NCBI GenBank assembly: GCA_965222225.1
Contig: CBDCTK010000002.1
Coordinates: 4,160,001-4,224,000, forward strand
Source: Candidatus Poribacteria bacterium
GTDB taxonomy: Bacteria > Poribacteria > WGA-4E > JAJDTR01
Reading direction: 5' to 3'
Length of the DNA: 64,000 nucleotides
Both the position numbers and the translations under genes were made by a program. A model generated the notes under the pieces. The model was not told where the DNA came from. It searched no databases and was given only the letters and a program-made list of their open reading frames with translations. Positions 8,590-18,713 of the stretch are shown here, piece by piece (within the stretch, counting starts at the first letter, position 1; every line of letters starts with the position of its first letter).

Positions 8590-10285
8590 TGAAGCGTTCT
8601 GCCAACTCAGAGCCCATGCCGGCTACGTCTACCCCAATCTCTTTGTCGATTACTACATCAGAAACACCAGCTACCAACTGCTCGCGCTCAAAGATTTCCA
8701 CATCGAAATCCTCAACGCCATCAAACCGGGCGTGTACGGTAAGCAAATAAACGTCCAAGCACCGCGCGGCACCGGCAAGACGACCCTCGTTAACGGTCTA
8801 ATCCCTCTTTGGAGGATCTGCTACAAACACTTCGATCTCGCCATGGATAGACAGCCGGAGGAGTTTATCCTCATTGTCGGTCGTAACGAACGTGCAGCGC
8901 GCCAACGCATAACCGAAATCCGCGACGTTCTCGAACACAACCCCCTCATCCGACGCGACTTCGGCGACCTCGTCGGTTCCCCGTGGACAAAAACCGAAAC
9001 CGACACCCGCAACGGCATCGGGCTGAGACCTCTCGGACGCGGCTCATCCCCCCGCGGCGCCCTCCTCGGCGATGTCCGTCCGACGTTGAAACTGTGTGAC
9101 GACATCGAAGATCCAAAACGCTGCCTCAATCCCGACCTCCGAGAAGAAGACAGGGACTGGTTCATGACCGACTTCATGTACGCCGGCGACCTGGGGAGCA
9201 AACACTCCAACACCATCATCGTCGATACCGTAAAACACCCCGAATCCCTCTCCGAACACCTCCGCGCCCTCCCCGGTTGGCGGACACTGCGGTTTGAAGC
9301 GGTGATGCATCCTGAAGACATCTACCACCCCACCGCCGAACGCCTCTGGAAACAGTGGGACGGATTCTATAGCGATACAACCCTTGACGACGACGAACGC
9401 GAAGAGAACGCGAATGCGTTCTACGCGAAACATCAAGATGAGATGTCCGGCGGCGTGAAGATGTTGTGGCCGGAAAAACTGTCGTACATCCACGTTCGCA
9501 AAGAGATTCTCGAACGCGGCTATCACCGCGTCATGCGCGAACTCCAAAACGACGCGCGCGACCCCGCGATGTCGCTCTTCAAGATGGATGGTGCTATCAC
9601 GTTCTCCGTCATCAAGGAAGGCTTTCGCCGCAGCGACGGGCATGTGGTTCCGTGGCACGACATCGGCGGATTCACCACCTACCTCGACACCATGGGCGGA
9701 CGCGATGCGGTTGCCAACAGCTACGCCTGCGCTGTCGTCATGGCGTGGGAACCGCTGCCCGGCGGCAGTTCCATGAACCCCGACTCCCTCTCCGGCGTAA
9801 ACGGATATATCCTGTCGGCGTGGATGGATCGCGTCGCATTGACCGAGCAAATGGAGCACGCCATCCTCCTCGCACAGCGCGCCGAGGCGATGTTGGCGCC
9901 CGCGTACCCGAAATCCCACTTCGTCTGCGAACAGCGGCCCGACAAAGACGGCACAATAAAGATGTCAACCGACCATGCGTTCCGTGCGATGAACGAGCGC
10001 CACCGCTTTGAACGCAGAATCATGTATCACAAACAGCACCAGAACAAAGAAGATCGAATCGGTACGCTTGAACCCGCGATAGCAAACGGCTGGCTCGCGT
10101 TTAACGAGAAAGACTTGCCGGGCGAGTTTTGGAAACAGTTTCGCCAATTCCCAACCGCCGACCATAACGACGCACCCGACGCCGTCCAAGGCGCCTGTCG
10201 CTCTCGCATCACGACCACCGCGCAACAACGCGTCGATCTATCTGCAGCTCGTCGATTCAACCGCAACCCCGTCGTGAGACTGTAA
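8579..10285 (+). CDS. terL: Phage terminase large subunit
   Basis: Walker A QAPRGTGKTT, GRGSSPRG, Walker B LCDDIED, C-terminal nuclease motif FRQFPTADHNDAPDA. Likely ATG at 8579. Confidence 0.9.
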   Translation: MKDDEAFCQLRAHAGYVYPNLFVDYYIRNTSYQLLALKDFHIEILNAIKPGVYGKQINVQAPRGTGKTTLVNGLIPLWRICYKHFDLAMDRQPEEFILIVGRNERAARQRITEIRDVLEHNPLIRRDFGDLVGSPWTKTETDTRNGIGLRPLGRGSSPRGALLGDVRPTLKLCDDIEDPKRCLNPDLREEDRDWFMTDFMYAGDLGSKHSNTIIVDTVKHPESLSEHLRALPGWRTLRFEAVMHPEDIYHPTAERLWKQWDGFYSDTTLDDDEREENANAFYAKHQDEMSGGVKMLWPEKLSYIHVRKEILERGYHRVMRELQNDARDPAMSLFKMDGAITFSVIKEGFRRSDGHVVPWHDIGGFTTYLDTMGGRDAVANSYACAVVMAWEPLPGGSSMNPDSLSGVNGYILSAWMDRVALTEQMEHAILLAQRAEAMLAPAYPKSHFVCEQRPDKDGTIKMSTDHAFRAMNERHRFERRIMYHKQHQNKEDRIGTLEPAIANGWLAFNEKDLPGEFWKQFRQFPTADHNDAPDAVQGACRSRITTTAQQRVDLSAARRFNRNPVVRL

Positions 10286-10372
10286 AACTATTGCGCAACA
10301 CATAATCTATTGTATTCTTACACATTACTCATTACGGAGGTATTCATACGTAAGGTGAGATTAACCCACTTC

Positions 10373-10560
10373 GCCCTGTAGGAGCGATCAACCGAGCGAA
10401 TAGCGATCAACTGAGCGATTAGCGAAGGCGATAGAGTTCCTCATGTCTGTAGAGAGGAAACGCGCACAATCTTCGCGCTCCAGCTATATGTAGGGTGGAA
10501 TCAACCGAGCGAATAGCGAGGGCGATAGAAAATCCCGCGCGATAGAGATCCTACCAGCCT
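10373..10560 (+). repeat. Two REP-like palindromes, each filled with nested 36-nt elements
   Basis: GCCCTGTAGGAGC[units 10386-10441]CATGTCTGTAG and GTAGGGTG[units 10498-10552]ACCAGCCT. The empty form GTAGGGTGCGCACTGCGCACCAGCCT is at 16118. Confidence 0.8.
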
Positions 10561-10842
10561 TTGAAAGGGCAACGGGCGACAGGCTGTATTGCACTACATG
10601 TTGCCGCCGACTTTTTCTATGCTCAACCAAAAAGACCAGATGGTTAAAATCTCCTCCATTTTCTTCAACGCTTGATTGACACCATCTGTTGTGCCACTTA
10701 AATGTACAAGTCAAGCTAAAGCTCTTCGCAGCCTTTTCGCTTGTCAATATTATCATGCTTTGCTATAATCGAAACCCCCAAAACAAGGCATTGTCAGATA
10801 CATAACCCAAGTTTATCAAACAAAATTGAAAGGAGTAATATC

Positions 10843-12153
10843 GTGAGGAAACTACGTATCATCATCCCGTGCTTAGTTATTGCGTTGTGTATGATGACTT
10901 TATCTGCGGACGCCGATGAAACGTTAACCATTGCGTGGGCAGAGTGGCCGCCAGCGGATTATCTGCAGGAATTGTCCAAGGATTTTACGGAAGAAACAGG
11001 GATTACGGTTGAAGTCGTTAAAATTCCCTGGCCCAGTTTTCAGGATCAGATTTTCACGGCATTTGTCGGCAAGAGTAACCGCTACGATATTGTCATAGGT
11101 GATAGTCAGTGGCTTGGAAGGAATTCTGTGGGAGGGCACTATGTTGAGTTGACGGATTGGATTAACGATAATATCGCGGTAGACGAAATCTACGGCCCGG
11201 CAATGACCGCCTTTGCCGAATATCCGAAGGGGAGCAAAGAGTATTGGGCACTTCCCGCCGAGGTGGACGCCAACGGCTACGTCTATCGTACAGACCTATT
11301 TAACGACCCGCAGGAAATGAATGCGTTCAAAGCCAAATACGGCTACGAGTTAGCTCCACCCAAGACCTACAAAGAGATGAGAGATGTCGCTGAATTCTTT
11401 ACCAGACCGCCGGATCTGTACGGGATAGCGACCTACTTCAGCAAAGAATATGATGGCATTACAATGGGGTTCCAGCAGGTGATGTGGTCATTTGGGGGAT
11501 CATACGGCGATCCGGAGACGCACAAGGTCGATGGTTTTATCAACAGCGAGGATTCCATCAAGGCATTGGAATACTATATTGAACTCACCAAATTTTCTCC
11601 ACCCGATGCTCCAAATTACTATTGGCAAGAAACACTGGATGCCTATAAATCGGGAAAAGTTGCAATGGCGATGGACTATTTCGCGTTCTTCCCCGGCGCG
11701 TTAGATCCGGGGCAGAATCCGATGTATTACGATAAAAGTGACTTCTTCATTGCACCGGCCGGTCCCAAAGGGCATTACATTAGCATCGGCGGGCAAGGGA
11801 TGTCGGTTTCGTCCTACTCAAGAAACAAAGATACCGCCAAGAAGTACATGAAGTGGTTCATGCAGAAGCCGGTACAGGAGAAGTGGGCGATACTTGGCGG
11901 GCTTACACCCCACAAAGAGGTTTTGCAATCCGACACCTTCTTGAATGCCACGCGGTTCAATAAGGCATTTGCGGCGAGCTGCCCATATTTGCGCGATTTC
12001 TGGGCAGTGCCGGAATACGCGGAGCTATTGGAGGCTTGTCAGACAAACTGGAACGCTGCTATTGTAGGTTTGAAATCGGCGAAGGACGCCCTGGATGAAA
12101 TTGCCAGGAAGCATGAAGCCATCTTTGAGGATGCTGGCTACTACGACGAATAA
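10843..12153 (+). CDS. Sugar ABC transporter substrate-binding protein (CUT1)
   Basis: AAGGAG RBS, GTG start, signal peptide; FTEETGITVEV, YRTDLF and PPKTYKE motifs. Confidence 0.92.
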   Translation: MRKLRIIIPCLVIALCMMTLSADADETLTIAWAEWPPADYLQELSKDFTEETGITVEVVKIPWPSFQDQIFTAFVGKSNRYDIVIGDSQWLGRNSVGGHYVELTDWINDNIAVDEIYGPAMTAFAEYPKGSKEYWALPAEVDANGYVYRTDLFNDPQEMNAFKAKYGYELAPPKTYKEMRDVAEFFTRPPDLYGIATYFSKEYDGITMGFQQVMWSFGGSYGDPETHKVDGFINSEDSIKALEYYIELTKFSPPDAPNYYWQETLDAYKSGKVAMAMDYFAFFPGALDPGQNPMYYDKSDFFIAPAGPKGHYISIGGQGMSVSSYSRNKDTAKKYMKWFMQKPVQEKWAILGGLTPHKEVLQSDTFLNATRFNKAFAASCPYLRDFWAVPEYAELLEACQTNWNAAIVGLKSAKDALDEIARKHEAIFEDAGYYDE

Positions 12154-12177
12154 ACTCGGAATCAAGGACAAACTGTT

Positions 12178-12203
12178 AAGGGCAGAATCACCGCTCTGCC
12201 CTT
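12178..12203 (+). terminator. Intra-operon stem-loop after the binding-protein gene
   Basis: AAGGGCAGA-8nt loop-TCTGCCCTT. Confidence 0.6.
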
Positions 12204-12223
12204 CTCTATTCTTTGGGACATAG

Positions 12224-13129
12224 ATGCCACCCACCCGTTTTTCGCGCGGATTAAGCGACTACCAAATCAAGATGATGTTCATCATGCCGACGATGATTTT
12301 ACTCATCTTGATGAATATCTTCCCGCTTCTCTGGTCGCTTTATCTAAGTTTCCACCGATACAAGGCCTCAATGCCAGGGCGACCGCCGAAGTTTATCGGG
12401 GTTCAGAACTACGCTCGCCTGCTTTCAGATCCGGAAATATGGGGATATTTCCAGACAACCGCGTATTTCGTGCTGCTCGCCGTTACCGCTCAATTCCTCA
12501 TCGGCTTTGGGTTAGCGCTGCTACTCAATCGTGAGTTCCGCAACAAGGGATTAATCACAACGCTTCTGCTGTTGCCGATGATGCTCTCGCCTGTTGTCGT
12601 CGGACTATTTTGGCGTTTTATCTTGGCTTCCGACAGATCCGGACTCCTCAACTTTTTTCTAAGCCCATTCCTAAGTGCGCCTATCGGTTGGACAACGGAC
12701 CCCAAGATTGCGATGATTGCCGTTGTGATTGTCGATACTTGGATGTGGTCTCCATTCATGATGTTGATCGCTTTAGCCGGGCTATCTGCTGTCCCGAAGT
12801 ATCTTTACGAAGCTGCGGACGTTGATCGCGCCTCAAATTGGTTCAAGTTTCGATGGATAACGTTACCATTGGTTTCACCGCTATTGCTTATTGCCCTGCT
12901 ATTTCGGACAATGGATGCGTTCAAGATGTTTGATATCGTGTATGTGCTTACCAGAGAAGGCGGGCCCGGAACGGCTACAGAAACAGTGTCCATGAATCTC
13001 TACAAACTCGCATTTCGGAACTATAACACCGGCAAGGCGTGTGCCATGGCGTACATTCTCCTAATTATCATTGTCGCTTTAAGCAACATCTACGTGAAAT
13101 ATCTGAACAAGGTCAAGGCGGAAACCTAA
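12224..13129 (+). CDS. Sugar ABC permease (MalF/UgpA-like)
   Basis: FIGVQNY; EAA loop LYEAADVDRAS; TM helices. Confidence 0.92.
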   Translation: MPPTRFSRGLSDYQIKMMFIMPTMILLILMNIFPLLWSLYLSFHRYKASMPGRPPKFIGVQNYARLLSDPEIWGYFQTTAYFVLLAVTAQFLIGFGLALLLNREFRNKGLITTLLLLPMMLSPVVVGLFWRFILASDRSGLLNFFLSPFLSAPIGWTTDPKIAMIAVVIVDTWMWSPFMMLIALAGLSAVPKYLYEAADVDRASNWFKFRWITLPLVSPLLLIALLFRTMDAFKMFDIVYVLTREGGPGTATETVSMNLYKLAFRNYNTGKACAMAYILLIIIVALSNIYVKYLNKVKAET

Positions 13130-13134
13130 AAATC

Positions 13135-14304
13135 ATGAGGGACGTTGGACGCAAGCATTTGAGTCATTACATCATACTCGCTGTAATCGGGATTGCAGTC
13201 ATCGTATATCTCATGCCAATCTATTGGATTGTTGCCACGTCCCTGAAAGCACCAGGCGACATTGTGACGAAGATGCCCAAGTTTCTGTTCCGGTTAACAT
13301 TAGACAATTATCGGAAATTGATGCCGGCTGAAGTGCCCGGAAAAACTTATATGTTCCTTGTCGAAGCGTTGGTAGGCGCTCTCCTCTTCGCGCTGCCGGG
13401 GCGACTATGGTCAAGATCCCAGACCCCCACTATTAGACAACACGCCGCATTGTTATTGAACCGTCTTTTGGCACTCACCTGCCTCTACATTGTCGTTTCC
13501 ACGCTGAATTACCACTTCTTACTGTTGGCAGTTTATGTGGGAGCCGCATATTGCGTAATTTCCAAAGCCGTGGCAAAGGAGCACCAGGTGCGTTTCGGTT
13601 TCATCAATGTGTCGGTGTTTGCGCTGGTTGCCATCTGTATATCTCTGGCTGACGGCGGATCAAAGTATTTTCACCAACTGTTAAACAGTCTCATTGTCGG
13701 GGTTGGCAGTACCATCCTAGCAGTTGGCCTTGGAACATTTGCCGCTTACGCATTTTCGAGGTTCAAAACAGCGGGAAAAGAGGATTTGCTCTTCTTTATT
13801 CTCAGTACACGTATGCTACCGCCAGTGGTCGTAGTGATCCCTATCTATTTGATGTATAGCGCACTCGGATTGCGCGACACACACGCCGGGCTTATCCTGC
13901 TGTATACCACTTTCAATGTGTCCTTTGCTGTCTGGTTGATGAAGGGTTTCATTGATGAAATCCCGAAAGAGTACGAAGATGCGGCTCTTGTCGACGGATA
14001 CACCCGCTTCCAAACCTTCATCAAAGTCGTCCTACCTCAATCCGTGACAGGAATTGCCGCAACCGCCGTTTTTTGTCTAATCACTGCATGGAATGAGTTT
14101 GCGTTTGCGCTAGTCTTGACGGAGGTGGGTGGCAAGGCTGTAACCGCGCCGCCGTCAATTACGAGTGCGACAGGATCCGGGGGCGTGGACTGGGGTAAAA
14201 TTGCAGCGGCGACATTTGTATTTTTATTACCGGTTGCAGTGTTTACATTCCTAATGAGGAAACATCTCTTACGCGGCATTACCTTTGGAGCAGTAAAGAA
14301 ATAA
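13135..14304 (+). CDS. Sugar ABC permease (MalG/UgpE-like) with a hydrophobic insertion
   Basis: PIYWIVATSLK; EAA-type YEDAALVDGYTR; about 110 extra hydrophobic residues between TLDNY and LLNS. Confidence 0.9.
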   Translation: MRDVGRKHLSHYIILAVIGIAVIVYLMPIYWIVATSLKAPGDIVTKMPKFLFRLTLDNYRKLMPAEVPGKTYMFLVEALVGALLFALPGRLWSRSQTPTIRQHAALLLNRLLALTCLYIVVSTLNYHFLLLAVYVGAAYCVISKAVAKEHQVRFGFINVSVFALVAICISLADGGSKYFHQLLNSLIVGVGSTILAVGLGTFAAYAFSRFKTAGKEDLLFFILSTRMLPPVVVVIPIYLMYSALGLRDTHAGLILLYTTFNVSFAVWLMKGFIDEIPKEYEDAALVDGYTRFQTFIKVVLPQSVTGIAATAVFCLITAWNEFAFALVLTEVGGKAVTAPPSITSATGSGGVDWGKIAAATFVFLLPVAVFTFLMRKHLLRGITFGAVKK

Positions 14305-14365
14305 TCAACTTGGCAATTAACAAACCGCTGTGGCATAGCTGATTGGAGAACATGTCGGTTTCACT

Positions 14366-15481
14366 ATGGCATCCGTAAAGCTAGAGAACCTGACAAAGCG
14401 TTTCGACGACGTTATCGCACTTGACGGCATCAACCTTGATGTTGCCGACCAAGAATTCTTCGTGCTGCTTGGCCAAACCGGTGCGGGCAAAACCACAGCG
14501 TTACGCTGTGTGGCCGGGCTTGAACATGCCGAAGAAGGGGGAATCTTTTTTGATAGCGAGCGGATTGACGACCTTTCCCCTGCGGAGCGTGATGTCGCCT
14601 TTGTGTTTCAATCTCACATTCTCTATCCGCACCTCACCGTCTACGAAAACATGGCATTTCCGCTACACCCGCGTAAACTGTCGACTGACGAGATCGACAA
14701 ACGCGTCAAAGAGATTGCCGCTATGTTACATATCGAACCCCTTTTGGGACGAAAACCCGGTCAATTGAGCGGTGGTGAAACACAGCGTGTCGGGCTTGGA
14801 AGAGCGATGGTTCGTCGTCCGAGATTGTTCTTGATGGACGAACCTATCTCCAACTTGGATGCGAAACTTCGCAGCGAGATGCGCGCCGAAATCAAGTGGA
14901 GACAACGGCAGTTGGGCACGACGATGTTGTACGTCACGCATGACCAAATTGAAGCAATGTCGATGGCGGATCGAGTGGCTGTGTTAGAGGAAGGGAGTAT
15001 TCAACAGATTGGTACACCGATAGACATTTACAATTCCCCCGCCAATCTGTTTGTCGCCGGTTTCATCGGCAACCCGAGCATGAATCTCCTTTCCTGTCAC
15101 CTTGTCGCTGATGGAGATCAATTCTTCGGGAGACTTGCGGGTGGGTTCCAATTCTTGATTACTGACTCCGAAACTGTTCGTACCTTGACTAACTCAGCCA
15201 AGGATGCACGCGTGGTTCTCGGCGTGAGGCCTGAAGATGTGATTGTAAACCATCAAGCGATGCCCGGTGCCACATCCATAGAGATCTACAGTTTTGAACC
15301 CTTGGGTGCGGAGACCATTGTCGAACTAATAATTGGAAAGAATGAGCAAGGTGCAAATCTCATTCTAAGAACGCGAGCGTCGGCTACCCTAAATGTCGAA
15401 ATTGGACAAACGCTCAATATGGCGTTTGTACCTGAACGACTCCATTTCTTCTATCGCGATACTGGACAGGCGATTTGTTAA
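14366..15481 (+). CDS. Sugar ABC ATPase (MalK-like)
   Basis: GQTGAGKTT, LSGGE, LMDEP, YVTHDQ, TOBE-like C-terminus. Confidence 0.93.
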   Translation: MASVKLENLTKRFDDVIALDGINLDVADQEFFVLLGQTGAGKTTALRCVAGLEHAEEGGIFFDSERIDDLSPAERDVAFVFQSHILYPHLTVYENMAFPLHPRKLSTDEIDKRVKEIAAMLHIEPLLGRKPGQLSGGETQRVGLGRAMVRRPRLFLMDEPISNLDAKLRSEMRAEIKWRQRQLGTTMLYVTHDQIEAMSMADRVAVLEEGSIQQIGTPIDIYNSPANLFVAGFIGNPSMNLLSCHLVADGDQFFGRLAGGFQFLITDSETVRTLTNSAKDARVVLGVRPEDVIVNHQAMPGATSIEIYSFEPLGAETIVELIIGKNEQGANLILRTRASATLNVEIGQTLNMAFVPERLHFFYRDTGQAIC

Positions 15482-15617
15482 TAGTCAATCTTGGCAAGTC
15501 TTGATGCACCATGAGACCTCATGCAAAATACTCAGCGTTTAGGTATCTATGGAGGCCCATGCCATTGGGTTGCCTTTACTATATGGTATGAAAAACGATT
15601 TCTGCGGAGATAATCAG

Positions 15618-16665
15618 ATGAAAAGATTACTGCTACTTTGGTTGAGCGTTTCGCTCGTTTTTGTATTGTTTTCGTCGAATACTTTCGCGCAGGACTATAC
15701 CTGATGGAATTTGCCTGAAGGTGCCAAAGCACGATTAGGTAAGGGTGGGCTGTCTGGGAATATCGCGTACTCGCCAGAGGGTCTCGCCTTGCAGTCGCGG
15801 CAACTATTGGTATCTGGCTATATGACGCTCATAGTGGCGCCGAAATTAACCTTTTCAGGGGCCAAGCGCTCACTAAAACCGTAGCATTTAGCCCAGATGG
15901 TTACATCCTCGCTGGTGGGAGCGGTGACGGTACCATCCGTCTGTGGAGTGTGGAAACAGGTGCACACATCCAGACACTCACCGGGCACACCCGAGGTATC
16001 AAAAAGATTGCGTTCAACCCAGATGGTAACACGATCGTGAGTGGAAGTGCGGACAAAAGCATCGCCTTTGGGATGCGAATACAGGCACTCTTAGAGCCTA
16101 TTTGAAAAGTACAGTTTGTAGGGTGCGCACTGCGCACCAGCCTCTAAAAGCCCCGGAGGGGCGGAAGGTGTGTGGAAACACCGAAACCCCGTGCAACCTA
16201 AGCCCCAGCGGGGTGACAGGTATATAGCGGGCAAATTCACAAACATGAAAAACTGTCTTCAAATGACTAAAAATAGCTTTGCTGCCGACTATTCAAACAG
16301 GTTCTTAAACAGACACTTACAGGGCATAGCGATGGGGTGAATAGTGTGGCGTTTAACCCAAACGGCGCGTGCTTGCCAGTGGGAGTTTTGATACAACCAT
16401 CCGTCTATGGGATACGAAAAAAGGCACGCTCGAGCGAACACTCACCGAACATACTGACAAGGTAAGTAGTGTCGCGTTTAGTCCAGACGGTAGTGCCCTT
16501 GCCAGTGGTAGTCATGACAATACAATTCGTCTTTGGGATACTGTCACGCAGACGACAAAACGCACGCTTAGTGGACACACATGGTGGGTTTGAAGCGTGG
16601 CGTTCAGCCCGGACGGTAGCACAATCGCCAGCGCGAGTCATGATGGGACAGTACTATTGTGGTGA
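15618..16665 (+). pseudogene. Secreted WD40-repeat protein, disrupted by stops, frameshifts and a MITE
   Basis: Fragments [44 protein letters not shown][MITE][26 protein letters not shown]. Confidence 0.88.
16094..16304 (+). mobile_element. IS5-family-like MITE copy B (211 bp, unfilled), with TTA target duplication
   Basis: TTA-GAGCCTATTTGAA...TTCAAACAGGTTC-TTA. Removal restores the WD40 frame GTL-KQTLTGH. Contains GTAGGGTGCGCACTGCGCACC and AAGCCCCNGNGGGG palindromes. Confidence 0.92.
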
Positions 16666-16884
16666 ATCAAGTTTACACAAGTTGTCACCGGAAACAGCAG
16701 GGGAGATTCACTGATGCACAAGTATGCCGCTCGTAAGCTGGACACAATTGATCTTGTTAATTCTTTGCCCATGAGTTTGAAGAACTCATTGCCATTCGTC
16801 TTTATGTGATTGTCTGATTATCAGATCCATGTTAAACTTTCACAGAAAGATTTGGCCCACCGTGTAAGAAGGGAGTGAGTCCAT

Positions 16885-18627
16885 ATTCGCAGTTTATTAC
16901 GCCTTAAGAAATACATTGCCCGCCATCGGTTTGCAGTAATTATCAGCCTGATTTCCGTTCTCATCACCAATGCCCTCCTGTTGATTAGTCCCAAAATCTT
17001 AAAATGGACTATTGACGATCTGGAAAGATCCATTCACCCTCGGAAACTCTTGCTATACGCTCTTCTAATCTTTGGAGTTGCGCTGGTCGGCGGTCTAATA
17101 CGGTTCGCGCAGCGGAAGACAATCCAGAGTGTAGCGCGAAAAACCGAATACTACCTGCGCAGCGATTTTTTTGCCCACTTGCAAAAGCTTTCGGCAAGTT
17201 ATTACAACCGCGTTCAAACGGGAGATTTGATGGCGCGAGCAACGAGCGACATGAACGCTGTTCGGATGATGCTGAGTACATCAATTTCATTTACGCTTGA
17301 CGCAATTGTGTTCTTCGGTTTCGCACTGATTATTATGTTGAATATTGATGTCACCTTAACTTTATATGCGCTACTCCCCTACCCGGTACTTGCGGTATTA
17401 ATCCGAGAACTCGGCACGCGAATTCATAAAAGCCATGAGAAAATTCAAGAAGGTTTCTCGGATATGAACACTGCGGTACAGGAGAACTTATCAGGTGTAC
17501 GCGTGGTGAAAGCATATACGCTTGAGGACGCTCAGAAAACTCGATTCCAAGAATTCAACCAGACCTTCGTAAGCCGCAATCGGGTACAGATACGACTGAT
17601 GGCATTTTTTTTTCCGATATTTCGTTTTCTACCCGGGATTGGCGGTGTTGTCCTTTTGTGGGTAGGCGGCATGCGTGTCGTTGATGGCCGGATTACGCTC
17701 GGCGATTTTGTCTCCTTTGGCGCTTATCTGACAATGCTTGTCCGTCCGATGATTATGCTCGGGTTTGTGGTAAACTCCTTCGAACGAGGCGCTGCCTCCA
17801 TGAAACGTATTTCGAGAATTCTTGATGAAAAACCGGACATTTACGATAGTGAAAGTATCAACCGAGGAATCCAAACTATTCAAGGAGCAATCGAGCTAAA
17901 AAATCTCAATTTCGCTTATCAGGACGGAGTTCCCGTTCTCAAAGACATTAACCTCAGAATTGAACCTGGGGCCACGGTTGCCATCGTTGGACCAACAGGT
18001 TGCGGCAAGACAACCCTTGTAAACTTAATTCCACGGATTTATAAAGCCGATCCCGGAACAATCTTCATTGATGGAGTGGACATTCAAGACATTCCCATTG
18101 ACGTGCTTCGCTCAAACATCGGGGTCGTATCACAGGAACCGTACCTTTTCTCCGACTTTCTGCGCAGTAATATTGCGTTTGGCGATGAAGACGCGAGCGA
18201 GATTGAAATCAAGGACGCTGCCCACGCCGCCGATTTGTTAGCACAGATAGAGGAGTTTCCGGATGGCTTGGAAACGTTCTTGGGGGAACGCGGCATAACA
18301 ATCTCGGGTGGACAGAAACAACGCACCGCGTTGGCACGCGCGATACTTGTCAACCCACGTATCCTAATCTTGGATGACGCGTTCGCAAGTGTTGACACGC
18401 ACACGGAGGATACTATCTTGAGCCGTCTCAAGGGGGTCATGGCGAATCGGACGACACTCATCATTTCGCATCGAATTTCGACGGTCAAGGGAGCGGATCT
18501 CATCATCGTTTTGAAAGACGGGGAAATAGTGGAGCGTGGAACCCACGAAGACCTGATAGCGCATAGTGGCATTTACGCGGGAATTCATGAGAAGCAGTTG
18601 CTACAAGAGGAGCTGGAAGGACTTTGA
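16885..18627 (+). CDS. ABC exporter, permease+ATPase (MdlA/YheI-like heterodimer subunit)
   Basis: GPTGCGKTT, ISGGQKQR, ILDD (degenerate site). The open frame extends upstream of the TTG at 16981 to ATT at 16885 behind a GGGAG RBS. Confidence 0.88.
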   Translation: MRSLLRLKKYIARHRFAVIISLISVLITNALLLISPKILKWTIDDLERSIHPRKLLLYALLIFGVALVGGLIRFAQRKTIQSVARKTEYYLRSDFFAHLQKLSASYYNRVQTGDLMARATSDMNAVRMMLSTSISFTLDAIVFFGFALIIMLNIDVTLTLYALLPYPVLAVLIRELGTRIHKSHEKIQEGFSDMNTAVQENLSGVRVVKAYTLEDAQKTRFQEFNQTFVSRNRVQIRLMAFFFPIFRFLPGIGGVVLLWVGGMRVVDGRITLGDFVSFGAYLTMLVRPMIMLGFVVNSFERGAASMKRISRILDEKPDIYDSESINRGIQTIQGAIELKNLNFAYQDGVPVLKDINLRIEPGATVAIVGPTGCGKTTLVNLIPRIYKADPGTIFIDGVDIQDIPIDVLRSNIGVVSQEPYLFSDFLRSNIAFGDEDASEIEIKDAAHAADLLAQIEEFPDGLETFLGERGITISGGQKQRTALARAILVNPRILILDDAFASVDTHTEDTILSRLKGVMANRTTLIISHRISTVKGADLIIVLKDGEIVERGTHEDLIAHSGIYAGIHEKQLLQEELEGL

Positions 18628-18713
18628 ATTGCCCTAGGTTTGTAGTTTGACGACCTCTACCCAGCAACTCCCGTAAGAATGGCCTTCATAGTTTTCATTC
18701 GGAGGATTTACCT

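Noticed and set aside
8821-10266. Long ORFs 9044..9919, 8821..9321 and 9466..10011
   Set aside because: Shadow frames of terL caused by codon bias.
1168-10285. Intact prophage
   Set aside because: No portal, capsid, tail, lysis or replication genes, and no att duplication seen.
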